Shown here: in pieces, positions 1-10,308 of the stretch | How positions within the stretch are numbered: the first letter of the stretch is position 1 | Layout of the letters: every line of letters starts with the position of its first letter | Source: Tagaea sp. | GTDB lineage: Bacteria > Pseudomonadota > Alphaproteobacteria > CACIAM-22H2 | DNA length: 64,000 bases | NCBI GenBank assembly: GCA_965279525.1 | Contig: CBDIIB010000004.1 | Coordinates: forward strand, 864,001-928,000 | Reading direction: 5' to 3' | Translations under genes and position numbers: made by a program | Notes under the pieces: model-generated | What the model was told of the DNA's origin: nothing | What the model saw: the letters and a program-made list of their open reading frames with translations, nothing else | Databases searched by the model: none

Positions 1-79
1 CCCGAAGATCGAGGACAGCTTCCGCTTCCGGCAATTCGCCAAGAAGGTGGCGAGCCTGTTCTGGATCCAGGAATGGCAT
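1..79 (-). CDS. 5' end of a hypothetical protein running off the window (MPFLDPEQARHLLGELPEAEAVLDLR...), possibly Smr-like
   Basis: ATG at 79 on the minus strand, open to the window edge; LDLR(G) resembles the Smr-domain LDLHG start. Only 26 codons visible. Confidence 0.3.
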   Translation of the reverse strand, partial: MPFLDPEQARHLLGELPEAEAVLDLR

Positions 80-125
80 GGAAGGACCATGTCGCGGTAT
101 CCGGCGACTTGTCCAGTCCGGTCGA

Positions 126-1397
126 TCAGAGGCCCGACCGGACCCGATCGAGAAGCTGTCCGAAGCCGTCGACCCATGGGCCGATCGAATGGTTCCGCGC
201 GACGTGCGCCCGCCCTGCACGCGAAAGACGAAGGCGCAGCGCCCGGTCGCCCGCCAAAGCCTCCATCGCCGCACCGAGATTGGCCGAGAAAGCTGCGTCG
301 TAGGATTTCATCAACGGCTCGAACGTCTGGTTGAGAAATCCCCATGCGTCATACCACGACGTGCGACCGAGCCGTCCCTTGACCGCGATCCCCGTTTCGC
401 CGTCGGTCACGAACTCGTCGACCGCCGGCGCATCGGACGCGATGGTCGCGGCACCGCAGGCCATGCTCTGGAGCAGAGACACCGTATGGAGCCCGCAGGA
501 CGGGATCAGGAAAACGTCGGCGCGCAGGAACAGATCGATAAACTCGGGAAATCCGAGCCGTGTGTCGACGATCTCGACGTTCGGGATCGAACGGACGAAC
601 GTCTCGAAATCCGGACCGAACATCTTGGGAATCTGCGTGCGCAGGATCAGCCGGCAATCGGGCCGCCGCGCGACGAGCGCACCGAACGCGGCCAGAGTCT
701 CCATGCCGCCACGCAGCACGAAGCTTTCATCCTGCTGGCCCCACGAGTTGGTGAACAGGAACGTGCAGCCCGAACGCGTCGCGCGTGCGTCCTGTGCTGC
801 GTCGATGCGCGCCTGGAGCTCGGGCGGGAACGCGATCCCGAACGGGATATAGTGGGATTTCGCCTCGATCTTCGGACTGTCGAACAGCCGGCCGATGAAC
901 GCGTGGCTGTGCCGCAGATGGGACGAGATCGCGCGGCAGCGCTCGCTTTCCAGCATCGCGCGCACGAGCTGCCAGACCGGCGTCGCCCGGACATCGACGT
1001 TCCCCGTCTTGCCGTGCCACAGGAACGGCGCGAACAGCGTCATCAGTTCCTCTATATGCGACATCCAGGGCCGCTGGCCGAACACGAACGGCATCGAATG
1101 CGGAAGAGTCAGGTCGGGACCTGCCGCGACGACCTGCGCCTGGCTCTCCAGGTCGCGGCTCTCGACGAACTGGATGATCGCTTCGCGCGGCACGGACGGT
1201 ACGGCAAGGGCGAGCTCCTCGACCAGCGCATCGCGTTCGGCAGCTGCAACCGCTCGGTGGCCCGCATCGGGTGCGGGCAGGTCGAGCAGGAACTCGTAGC
1301 CCTCGCGCGGCGCCAGCAGGCTCGTCATCATCGGATGGTCGCCGCCGAGCCATTGGAAGATCGGCGTGCGCCAGGGTGCGGCGACACGGAAGCTCAA
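126..1397 (-). CDS. Glycosyltransferase family 4 (GT-B fold)
   Basis: C-terminal ADVFLIPS...SLLQSMACGAATIASD...EFVTDGETG motif typical of GT4; TTG start overlaps the upstream stop (TTGA). Confidence 0.8.
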   Translation of the reverse strand: MSFRVAAPWRTPIFQWLGGDHPMMTSLLAPREGYEFLLDLPAPDAGHRAVAAAERDALVEELALAVPSVPREAIIQFVESRDLESQAQVVAAGPDLTLPHSMPFVFGQRPWMSHIEELMTLFAPFLWHGKTGNVDVRATPVWQLVRAMLESERCRAISSHLRHSHAFIGRLFDSPKIEAKSHYIPFGIAFPPELQARIDAAQDARATRSGCTFLFTNSWGQQDESFVLRGGMETLAAFGALVARRPDCRLILRTQIPKMFGPDFETFVRSIPNVEIVDTRLGFPEFIDLFLRADVFLIPSCGLHTVSLLQSMACGAATIASDAPAVDEFVTDGETGIAVKGRLGRTSWYDAWGFLNQTFEPLMKSYDAAFSANLGAAMEALAGDRALRLRLSRAGRAHVARNHSIGPWVDGFGQLLDRVRSGL

Positions 1398-2377
1398 ACG
1401 ATGTCACCCAGCCGGAGTTCGACCTGGGCGGCCCGTGGCACCAAGGCAGGGCGGGCGCGCATCGTCGCGTGCAGGTCGCAGGTCCCGACGCCGGCGCGAT
1501 AGACCGGCCGGGGCGATGCCGTCGTATAAGGTACAGGTGCTGCTTCCCCGCCGCGCGCGAAATCCTCGCGCAGCAGCGTGGCGTACTCGAGGTTCCACGT
1601 CGCCTGCTCCATCAGCGTTTCCTGCGGCAGCGTCGGGCGGTGTCCGGCAGCGCGCGCCACGCAGGCGAAACGCACCAGATGGTCGCCTGCAGGCAGCCAG
1701 CACGCGTCGAGCGGCATCAGCTTCAGGAACCGCAGGAAATGGTCGATGAGCGGAACGGTCGGGAACCAGGTATCCGACGGTCCGAGCACGTAGCCGGTAC
1801 CCGCGAAATTGTACTGCATCATGTAGGCATCGAGCGGCAGGGCGGCGGTCTCGATCACCATCAGGCCGCCGGGCCGCAGGGCGCTGCGCGCCGCCGCGAG
1901 CACATGGAACGGGGAAAACACATGGTAGAGCACGCCCGAGCAGATGACGACGTCGAACCCCTGTTTGGGTTCGGGCGCGCCGGTATATCGATGACGCGTG
2001 ATCTCGCCGGCGTGCCGCTCTTCGAGAGCACGCAGCAGCGAGCCCGACATGATGTTCGGCAGATATGCGAAATCGGCGTCGTAGGCCGCCTTGACGCAAG
2101 CGATCTTGTCGGAGAAATCGAGCCCGTCCACCGCAATGACATCGGCAGCACCCTGGCGCTTCAGCAGGACCGGCACGAGCCCTTCCATCGTGCCGATGTC
2201 GAGGCAGCGCGCACCGGACAGATCGATCCTTGAAATGAGGTCGCGCGTCAGCGCCACATTCGGGAACCGCTGCCCCGGTGTCATCACGCCCGGCGCCAGT
2301 TCCATCGCGTAGTACCAGTACTGGCCGAGGAACGCACGGGCGCGATCCTCGGTCGCAAGCCAGGGAAGTCCGGTCAC
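1394..2377 (-). CDS. Class I SAM-dependent methyltransferase (DUF1698/CmoB-like)
   Basis: LDIGTMEG motif I, FDVVICSGVLYH, LRPGGLMVIET; GTG start at 2377 overlaps the upstream TGA (GTGA). The longer ORF-track N-terminus is spurious. Confidence 0.8.
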   Translation of the reverse strand: MTGLPWLATEDRARAFLGQYWYYAMELAPGVMTPGQRFPNVALTRDLISRIDLSGARCLDIGTMEGLVPVLLKRQGAADVIAVDGLDFSDKIACVKAAYDADFAYLPNIMSGSLLRALEERHAGEITRHRYTGAPEPKQGFDVVICSGVLYHVFSPFHVLAAARSALRPGGLMVIETAALPLDAYMMQYNFAGTGYVLGPSDTWFPTVPLIDHFLRFLKLMPLDACWLPAGDHLVRFACVARAAGHRPTLPQETLMEQATWNLEYATLLREDFARGGEAAPVPYTTASPRPVYRAGVGTCDLHATMRARPALVPRAAQVELRLGDIV

Positions 2378-3363
2378 GTCGATCGCTCCGCCTTGATGCG
2401 TGGCCAGCGCCGGATGGCGCCGGGGTCGTCCCGAAGCATTCGCCTGTACCATGCGACGGTCGCCTCGAGCCCGGCGCGCAGATCGGTATAGGTGAAGCCG
2501 GACAGGGAAACGAAAGCCGAATTGTCGGTGACGCGCCTGTCGATGCCGCGCGCGCGCGCCGGATCGAAGCGGATGCGTTCGGCCGGCACGCCGCAGATGT
2601 CGGCAAGCATCATGGCCACCGAGCGGATTGTCTGCGCCTGCCCGCACCCGACATTGAGCAGGCCCACCGACGAATGGTTGGCAAGGCACCACATGTATGC
2701 GCGTGCCATGTCGGGCGCATAGGTGATCTCGCGCATCGGGCTGCCGTCGCCCCAGATCGACAGGTCGTCGGCCGGCGGCGTCCATTCGCAAAAGCGCCGG
2801 ACCAGCCCTGCGATCCAGGTGCAGTCGTCCGGATTGTAGTTGTCGTTGGGTCCGTAGATGCCCGACGGGACGAGTCCGATCACGTCGAGCGAATGTTCGG
2901 CTCGATAGGCGCGGATCGCAGGCTCCATCAGGCGCTTTGCCATCGCATAGGAATAGGCCGTCTCGTGCGGCAGGCCCTGGTGGACCTGGCTCTCGGTGTT
3001 GGGTTGGGGGGCATCGGCCGGATACATGCCCGACGACAGGGTTAGAACGACCTTGTCGAGCCGGTGGGCAACCGCGGCATCGAGGACGGCAAAGCACATC
3101 GCGACATTGTCGCGAAGGATGCGTGCCGGATAGCGCCGGGCGAGATCGATGCCGCCCGATATGGCGGCAAGATGGACAATCCGCCGGATCCCTTCCCTGC
3201 CGACGAACTCACGCACCGCCGTTGCGTCGGTGAGATCGAGTTCCTCGCGTGCGACAAAAACGAAATCGTGACCGGAATAATCGGATGCCAGATCGACGAA
3301 TGCCGAACCCAGCACGCCCGTCGAGCCTGTCACCAGCAGCCGCGGGCGCGGACCAGCCGGCAT
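2374..3363 (-). CDS. GDP-L-fucose synthase (Fcl/GMER)-like extended SDR
   Basis: GSTGVLG Rossmann motif, HLAAISGGI, YAMAK (YxxxK), IYGPNDNY, IWGDGSPMRE; ATG at 3363. Confidence 0.8.
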   Translation of the reverse strand: MPAGPRPRLLVTGSTGVLGSAFVDLASDYSGHDFVFVAREELDLTDATAVREFVGREGIRRIVHLAAISGGIDLARRYPARILRDNVAMCFAVLDAAVAHRLDKVVLTLSSGMYPADAPQPNTESQVHQGLPHETAYSYAMAKRLMEPAIRAYRAEHSLDVIGLVPSGIYGPNDNYNPDDCTWIAGLVRRFCEWTPPADDLSIWGDGSPMREITYAPDMARAYMWCLANHSSVGLLNVGCGQAQTIRSVAMMLADICGVPAERIRFDPARARGIDRRVTDNSAFVSLSGFTYTDLRAGLEATVAWYRRMLRDDPGAIRRWPRIKAERST

Positions 3364-3364
3364 T

Positions 3365-5377
3365 CTAGAAATGTCCGGCGAGATGGCGCGCGAGCGCCTT
3401 GTTGCCGTAGAGATAGGCGCCCTTCTTGTTGCCGTACCAGACGACCTCCCGGCACCAGTCGGCGAAAACAGGCCACGGCTCCTTCGAGCGCTCGATACGG
3501 TAGGCAACAGGCTCTTCGACCAGATCCTCGCTGCGTCCTTCAAGGATCGCGCGATAATAGGGATAGAGATCGCTGCCAAGGCGCACTTCGATGTCGGCAA
3601 GCACGCCCGGCTCCTTGACCAGCGCCCGGTTGAGGCGGAAGGCGTCGGCGACCGTCTCGCGCGGCACCAGCGAGCGGTGCTCCGAGATCGTCGAGAAGAC
3701 GAGACGCTCGGCTTCGGAGTAGAACGCATCGAGCTTCCCGCCGGCGACAAGATCGATGAAGACCAGTTCGTCGGCCGGCCAGTGGATGCCGAGCCACTTC
3801 TCGGAGTACACGTACTCGACCGCGCCGTCCTGTATCTGACGGGCATAGTCGTCGAAGTAGGCGCGGATGGCGCCGATGACCGGATAATCGCCCGCATCGG
3901 CCCGGAAGAACGCCTCGAGCAGACGGCGGAACGGCACGCCGCATTTCTCGTGCGCGACGAGGATCGGGATCTGGAGCAGCTTGTTGTAGTGGATGAGTGC
4001 GGTCATCCACGCGAAGCTGCGCGCCTTGCGCCAGTCGGCTGCGGGCATCGACGCGGTCTCGACGACGAGGTCCTGGGTCTCGTAGATGCCGTCGGGATCG
4101 ACGTCGATCGAGCCGTGGATGTTCACGATCTTCGTCACGACCGTCCGCATGCCGTACTTTTCCTGATAGGCAGGATCGCCCATCTCCGCGTTCGGCAGGA
4201 TCGACAGGTTGTTGAACTGGATGCGGTTGTGCTGGCCGTTGTCCATCAGCCAGCAGATGCCGTCGACCCACGAATCGTACGTCTCGCCCGGCAGGCCGAG
4301 GATCAGGTCGGAATAGGTCTCGACGCGGTCGCGCGTGAATCGGCGCTGCAGTTCCTCGTACGTATCGAGGGCGATGTTCTGCCGCTTGATCGCCTTGAGC
4401 GTGCCCGGATCGAGCGACTGCATGGAAAGCGTCACGCCCTTGTTCATCCCGGCGTCGGACAGGATCTTCTGCGTGAGGTACGCGCGATCCGTCGCGTTCT
4501 TGGTGTTCTGCACGGAGATGGCGCGCGGATAGCCGCGTTCCGCCTTGGTGCGGGCAAGCGATTCCGCAAGCTGGATGTCGCGCGCGAGGATGCCGAAATT
4601 CGCGTCGCAGCAGAAGATGAACTCGATTTTCTGGTCGGCAAACCAGGCGATCTCGCGGTCGAGACGCGCAAGGTCGAACTGGAAGACCTTGGCCTGCGTC
4701 GCCGAACCCCAGTCGCAGAACGTGCACTGGAACGGACAGCCGCGGTTGGTCTCCCACAGCACGATCCAGTTTTCCTTCGGGTTCGCTGCCATCAGCGGCG
4801 CGAAGATGCCGTCCAGATACGGCGACGGCACGTCGTTGAGATCCCGGATGCGCGGGCCTTTGGCGTGGCAGACAAACTCGGTGTCGCGGATGTAGGACAG
4901 GTTGGCGATGCCGGACCAGTCGCGCGACGGCCAGGCATCGAGCAGCTTCGTGAACGCGTGCTCGCCCTCGCCGTTTATCGCGACATCGATGAACGGATTC
5001 TCGCGCAGGAAAGGTTCGGTGCGGTCGGGGACCTGCGGTCCGCCGAAGACGATCAGGATGCCGGGCTTTCGCGCCTTGAGTTCGCGCGCCACGGCCAGCG
5101 ACAGCTTGACGTTCCAGACATAGGTCGAGAAGCCGACGACGTCGGCATCGAGCATCTGGGCAACCGTTTCCGCGACGCGCTGGCGCTTGTAGACCGGCAG
5201 CAGGAAGTCGATGCGCGCGGGATCGGCCGAGAATTTCCGCACATAGCCTTCGATCAGGCCGACCGCATAGGGCAGATAGTTCTGGCCCGAAAAGCTGTTG
5301 TTGATCTGGACGAGACCGACCTTGCACGTTCCGGCCGCACGCGGATCCGATGTTCCGGTCTGGACTTGCGGGTTCAT
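3365..5377 (-). CDS. Cobalamin-binding radical SAM protein (670 aa)
   Basis: N-terminal B12-binding domain (LPYAVG, DVVGFSTYVWN, IVFGGPQ, GEGE) and ETNRGCPFQCTFCDW CxxxCxxC motif; LILGLPGET. Confidence 0.9.
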   Translation of the reverse strand: MNPQVQTGTSDPRAAGTCKVGLVQINNSFSGQNYLPYAVGLIEGYVRKFSADPARIDFLLPVYKRQRVAETVAQMLDADVVGFSTYVWNVKLSLAVARELKARKPGILIVFGGPQVPDRTEPFLRENPFIDVAINGEGEHAFTKLLDAWPSRDWSGIANLSYIRDTEFVCHAKGPRIRDLNDVPSPYLDGIFAPLMAANPKENWIVLWETNRGCPFQCTFCDWGSATQAKVFQFDLARLDREIAWFADQKIEFIFCCDANFGILARDIQLAESLARTKAERGYPRAISVQNTKNATDRAYLTQKILSDAGMNKGVTLSMQSLDPGTLKAIKRQNIALDTYEELQRRFTRDRVETYSDLILGLPGETYDSWVDGICWLMDNGQHNRIQFNNLSILPNAEMGDPAYQEKYGMRTVVTKIVNIHGSIDVDPDGIYETQDLVVETASMPAADWRKARSFAWMTALIHYNKLLQIPILVAHEKCGVPFRRLLEAFFRADAGDYPVIGAIRAYFDDYARQIQDGAVEYVYSEKWLGIHWPADELVFIDLVAGGKLDAFYSEAERLVFSTISEHRSLVPRETVADAFRLNRALVKEPGVLADIEVRLGSDLYPYYRAILEGRSEDLVEEPVAYRIERSKEPWPVFADWCREVVWYGNKKGAYLYGNKALARHLAGHF

Positions 5378-5449
5378 GTCGCGCGCGATCTCCGTATCTT
5401 TCCGGTGCGGTCCGTCTGATGCGTCTCGCCGTTCATCCCGAACTTCATT

Positions 5450-5520
5450 CGCGATTAAACCAAAATATCTAAAATCCCATTAACTTTCCCATAAATAGCT
5501 GAGGGAAATCGAAGTTTCGC
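5450..5520. promoter_or_regulatory. AT-rich divergent promoter region with CtrA-like CTAA-N7-TTAAC (5469-5484) and TTTCCC-N12-GGGAAA inverted repeat
   Basis: Motifs read directly between the divergent rSAM operon and the liv operon. Confidence 0.35.
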
Positions 5521-5659
5521 CAAAAAGGTTACGTGAAATGAGACATGTAGGGCAAGGGACGTGTCGGAAATGCCGCTTTTTCCGCCAGCCGATGGTCGAT
5601 TGATTTCGTGGGTCGCGTTCTGCTAGCAACGAATGCAAGGGCGTGCAGGGAGAGAACGT

Positions 5660-6404
5660 TTGCCGGATTACATCCTGGAAACCGAGGGTCTGACGAAGGA
5701 GTTCCGCGGCTTCGTCGCCGTGAATGGCGTGTCGCTCAAGGTCAGCCGCGGCACGATCCATGCGCTGATCGGACCCAACGGAGCCGGCAAGACGACCTGC
5801 TTCAACCTCCTGACCAAGTTCCTCGACCCGACGCGCGGAGCCATCCGCTACAACGGCAGCGACATCACGGGCGCCAAGCCCGCCGACATCGCCCGGATGG
5901 GTCTCGTTCGCTCGTTCCAGATCTCCGCAGTATTCCCGCATCTGAGCGTGCTGGAGAACGTGCGAGTCGCGTTGCAGCGCAAGCGCGGCAATTCGTTCGA
6001 CTTCTGGCGCAGCGACAGCGTTCTCGATGCTTACAACGAACGCGCGCGCGAGCTGATCGACTGGGTCGGCCTGACCGAATTCGCGGAAACCACCGCTGTC
6101 GAGATGCCCTATGGCCGCAAGCGCGCACTCGAGATCGCCACGACGCTGGCGCTCGAACCGGAGATGATGCTGCTCGACGAGCCGACAGCCGGCATGGGGC
6201 ATGAGGATGTCGGGCGCATCTCCAGCCTCATCAAGCGCGTCGCGAAGGGTCGGACCGTGCTGATGGTCGAGCACAATCTTTCGGTCGTGTCCGACCTGTC
6301 CGACACGATAACGGTGCTGGCGCGCGGCGAGGTGCTGGCCGAAGGCGACTATGCCGCCGTCTCGAAGAACCCCGACGTGATCCAGGCCTACATGGGGGCC
6401 GGAC

Positions 6405-6412
<8 letters not shown>
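5660..6412 (+). CDS. livG: Branched-chain amino acid-type ABC transporter ATP-binding protein
   Basis: GPNGAGKTT Walker A, LLDEPTAG, VEHN, VIQAYMG; TTG start after a GGAGAG SD. Confidence 0.9.
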
Positions 6413-7109
<697 letters not shown>

Positions 7110-7133
7110 AATCCAAAACATGGGAGAAACGAA

Positions 7134-8339
7134 ATGAAGAAGTTCAAAAGCATCCTGGCGGGGGCCGCGGCGCTGACCGTGCTCGCCATGCCGGCCGCAG
7201 CGCAGACGAACGTCAAGATCGGCATCCTGACCGACATGTCGAGCCTCTACACCGATCTCGCCGGTGCAGGCTCCGTCCTCGCCGCGCGCATGGCAGTCGA
7301 GGATTTCGGTGCCGCCGCCAAGGGCATCAAGGTCGACTTCGTCTCGGCCGACCACCAGAACAAGGCCGACGTCGGCTCGAACATCGGTCGCCAGTGGATC
7401 GACATCGACAAGGTCGACGTGATCGTCGACGTGCCGAACTCGGGCGTGGCACTCGCCATCAACGAGATCGCCAAGGACAAGAACAAGGTGTTCCTCGTCT
7501 CGGGCGCCGCGTCGTCCGGCCTGACGGGGGCTGCCTGCTCGCCCAACACCGTCCACTGGACCTATGACACCTGGGCACTGGCGAACGGAACCGGCAGCGC
7601 CATCGTGAAGACCGGCGGCGACAGCTGGTTCTTCCTGACCGCCGACTATGCCTTCGGCCACCAGCTCGAGGCCGACACGGCAGCCGTCGTCAACAAGCTC
7701 GGCGGCAAGGTGCTGGGTCAGGTCCGCCACCCGCTCAATGCCAACGACTTTTCGTCGTTCCTGCTGCAGGCGCAGTCGAGCCGGGCCAAGATCGTCGGCC
7801 TCGCCAATGCGGGCGGCGACACGGTCAACTCGATCAAGCAGGCGGCTGAATTCGGCATCGTCCGGCGCGGCCAGAACCTTGCCGGCCTGCTCGTGTTCCT
7901 GACCGACGTGCATGCACTCGGCCTCGAGACGGCGCAGGGCCTGATCCTGACCGAAGCCTTCTACTGGGACCAGAGCGACGCCTCGCGCGCGTTCGCCAAA
8001 CGCTTCTCGGCGGGCAACAAGGGCATCCACCCCACGATGGTGCATGCGGGCGTCTACGCGTCCGTCACCCACTATCTGAAGGCGGTCGAAGCCGGCAAGA
8101 GTGCGGCCGACGGCAAGGCGGTCGTCGAGCGCATGAAGGCGATGCCGACCGACGATCCGCTGTTCGGCAAGGGTGTCGTCCGCAAGGACGGCCGCAAGAT
8201 CCACGACATGTACCTGTTCGAGGTCAAGAAGCCTTCGGAATCGAAGGCGCCGTGGGACTACTACAAGCTCCGCGCGACGATCCCGGCGGCCGAAGCCTTC
8301 CGCCCGTTGGCGGACGGCAAGTGCCCGATCGCCGGCTGA
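7134..8339 (+). CDS. ABC transporter substrate-binding protein (LivK/type 1 periplasmic family)
   Basis: Signal peptide, VKIGILTDMSS, ADHQNKAD, WFFLTADYAFG; operon context. Confidence 0.9.
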   Translation: MKKFKSILAGAAALTVLAMPAAAQTNVKIGILTDMSSLYTDLAGAGSVLAARMAVEDFGAAAKGIKVDFVSADHQNKADVGSNIGRQWIDIDKVDVIVDVPNSGVALAINEIAKDKNKVFLVSGAASSGLTGAACSPNTVHWTYDTWALANGTGSAIVKTGGDSWFFLTADYAFGHQLEADTAAVVNKLGGKVLGQVRHPLNANDFSSFLLQAQSSRAKIVGLANAGGDTVNSIKQAAEFGIVRRGQNLAGLLVFLTDVHALGLETAQGLILTEAFYWDQSDASRAFAKRFSAGNKGIHPTMVHAGVYASVTHYLKAVEAGKSAADGKAVVERMKAMPTDDPLFGKGVVRKDGRKIHDMYLFEVKKPSESKAPWDYYKLRATIPAAEAFRPLADGKCPIAG

Positions 8340-8346
8340 CCTGACC

Positions 8347-8377
8347 GGGGCGGGGGAAGGTTCCCCCGCCCCCTTTT
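8347..8377 (+). terminator. GC-rich hairpin plus U-tract after the SBP gene (terminator or mRNA-stabilising stem)
   Basis: ggggcgggggaa-gg-ttcccccgcccc followed by ctttt. Confidence 0.7.
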
Positions 8378-8399
8378 CCTTCTCCGAGCAACCGGTCCA

Positions 8400-9287
8400 A
8401 TGCCCGACATCTTCGGAATTCCGCCCCAGGCCCTGTTCGGCCAGCTGCTGCTGGGGCTGATCAACGGCTCGTTCTACGCGATGCTGAGCCTCGGGCTTGC
8501 GATCATTTTCGGCCTGCTCAACATCATCAACTTCACCCACGGCGCCCAGTACATGATGGGTGCCTTCGTCGCGTGGATGCTGCTCAACTGGATGGGCATC
8601 GGCTACTGGTGGTCGATGCTGATCGTGCCGATCGTCGTCGGCGCCACCGGCATCCTGATCGAGCGCACGATGTTGCGGCATCTCTACAAGCTCGATCACC
8701 TCTATGGCCTGCTGCTGACCTTCGGGATCGCGCTGATCATCCAGGGTCTCTTCCGCGACCAGTTCGGATCTTCCGGCCTTCCGTACCGCATCCCCGAAGA
8801 GCTGCGCGGCGGAACCGATCTCGGTTTCATGTACATGCCCAACTACCGTGGCTGGGTCGTCGCCGTCTCGCTCGTCGTCTGCATTTCCACTTGGTTCGTG
8901 ATCGAGAAGACCAAGCTTGGCGCCTATCTGCGTGCCGCGACCGAGAACCCGCCCCTCGTCGAGGCGTTCGGCATCAACGTGCCGCGCATGATCACGCTGA
9001 CCTACGGCTTCGGTGTCGGCCTCGCGGCATTCAGTGGCGTGCTTGCCGCCCCGATCTACCAGGTAAGCCCCCAGATGGGCGCCGACCTGATCATCGTCGT
9101 CTTCGCCGTCGTCGTCATCGGCGGCATGGGCTCCATCATGGGTTCGATCATCACCGGATTCAGCCTCGGCATCGTCGAAGGCCTGACCAAGGTCTTCTAT
9201 CCGGAGGCTTCCGCGACGGTCATCTTCGTCATCATGGCGATCGTCCTGCTCGTCAAGCCGGCCGGCCTGTTCGGGAGGACACGATGA
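8400..9287 (+). CDS. livH: Branched-chain amino acid ABC permease
   Basis: GLAIIFGLLNIINFTHG, VVVIGGMGS, LLVKPAGLFG. Confidence 0.9.
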   Translation: MPDIFGIPPQALFGQLLLGLINGSFYAMLSLGLAIIFGLLNIINFTHGAQYMMGAFVAWMLLNWMGIGYWWSMLIVPIVVGATGILIERTMLRHLYKLDHLYGLLLTFGIALIIQGLFRDQFGSSGLPYRIPEELRGGTDLGFMYMPNYRGWVVAVSLVVCISTWFVIEKTKLGAYLRAATENPPLVEAFGINVPRMITLTYGFGVGLAAFSGVLAAPIYQVSPQMGADLIIVVFAVVVIGGMGSIMGSIITGFSLGIVEGLTKVFYPEASATVIFVIMAIVLLVKPAGLFGRTR

Positions 9288-10228
9288 ACGGCGGATCCGG
9301 CGGCATGCCGCGCCATCAGCAGGTATTGTTCGCGGCCATGGTCCTGTTCCTGGCGGTGGCACCGTTCTTCATCTACCCGGTCTTCCTGATGAAGGTGCTG
9401 TGCTTCGCGCTGTTTGCATGCGCCTTCAACCTGCTGATCGGGTTCGTCGGCCTCCTGTCGTTCGGCCACGCGATGTTCTTCGGCGGTGCAGCCTATGTCG
9501 CGGCGCACGCGGCGAAGGTCTGGGGCTGGCCGTTCGAGATTTCCGTGCTCGCCGGTACGGCGACTGCGGCTTGCATGGGCTTTGTCGTCGGATCCCTTGC
9601 CATCCGCAGGCAGGGCATCTACTTCGCGATGATCACTCTCGCATTGGCCCAGATGATCTATTTTCTGGCACTGCAGGCGCCCTTCACCGGCGGTGAAGAC
9701 GGCCTCCAGAAGGTCCCGCGCGGATACCTGCTGGGCGTCATCGACCTGCGCAACGACCTGACACTCTACTTCGTCGTCGCGGCGATCTTCCTGGCCGGCT
9801 TCCTCGCGATCTACCGCATCGTCCATTCGCCGTTCGGGCAGGTGCTGAAGTCGATCCGCGAGAACGAACCGCGCGCGATCTCGCTCGGCTACAAGGCGGA
9901 CCACTACAAGCTCATGGCCTTCGTCCTTTCGGCGACCCTCGTCGGGCTGGCGGGATCGGTCAAGGCGATGGTGTTCCAGCTCGCCTCGCTGACCGACGTC
10001 CATTGGTCGATGTCGGGCGAAGTGGTGCTGATGACGCTGGTCGGCGGACTCGGCACGATCTTCGGACCGATCGCCGGAGCGGTGGTGATCATCACGATGC
10101 AGAACTACCTCGCTGAACTCGGCTCGTGGGTCACCATCGTGCAGGGGGTTGTATTCGTCATCTGTGTCCTCGCGTTCCGTCGCGGCATCGTCGGCGAGAT
10201 CGCGCGTTTCATACGAAAGCCGCTCTAG
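9284..10228 (+). CDS. livM: Branched-chain amino acid ABC permease
   Basis: NLLIGFVGLLSFGHA, GIYFAMITLA, SPFGQVLKSIRENE; ATGA overlap with livH. Confidence 0.9.
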   Translation: MNGGSGGMPRHQQVLFAAMVLFLAVAPFFIYPVFLMKVLCFALFACAFNLLIGFVGLLSFGHAMFFGGAAYVAAHAAKVWGWPFEISVLAGTATAACMGFVVGSLAIRRQGIYFAMITLALAQMIYFLALQAPFTGGEDGLQKVPRGYLLGVIDLRNDLTLYFVVAAIFLAGFLAIYRIVHSPFGQVLKSIRENEPRAISLGYKADHYKLMAFVLSATLVGLAGSVKAMVFQLASLTDVHWSMSGEVVLMTLVGGLGTIFGPIAGAVVIITMQNYLAELGSWVTIVQGVVFVICVLAFRRGIVGEIARFIRKPL

Positions 10229-10308
10229 GCGCGGCGCTCCTGCGCGCTTTGTCCGAATCGGCCATGTCGGCTACGCTTCTCCCAAAATAAACAATAGGAG
10301 AAGCCGGC

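Noticed and set aside
1-334. Plus-strand open frame (PKIEDSFRFRQFAKK...) entering from the left edge
   Set aside because: It would overlap the GT4 gene by about 200 nt; a minus-strand start at 79 is at least as plausible. Unresolved without flanking sequence.
3371-5419. 682-aa plus-strand ORF antisense to the radical SAM gene (also 6648-9362, 13694-15730, 25014-26675 and similar)
   Set aside because: Shadow ORFs typical of high-GC coding DNA, with no motifs and opposite well-supported genes
5480-5512. dif-like appearance (actttcccataa-atagct-gagggaaatc), also considered for 13270-13310
   Set aside because: No recognisable XerD arm (TTATG...) at either site
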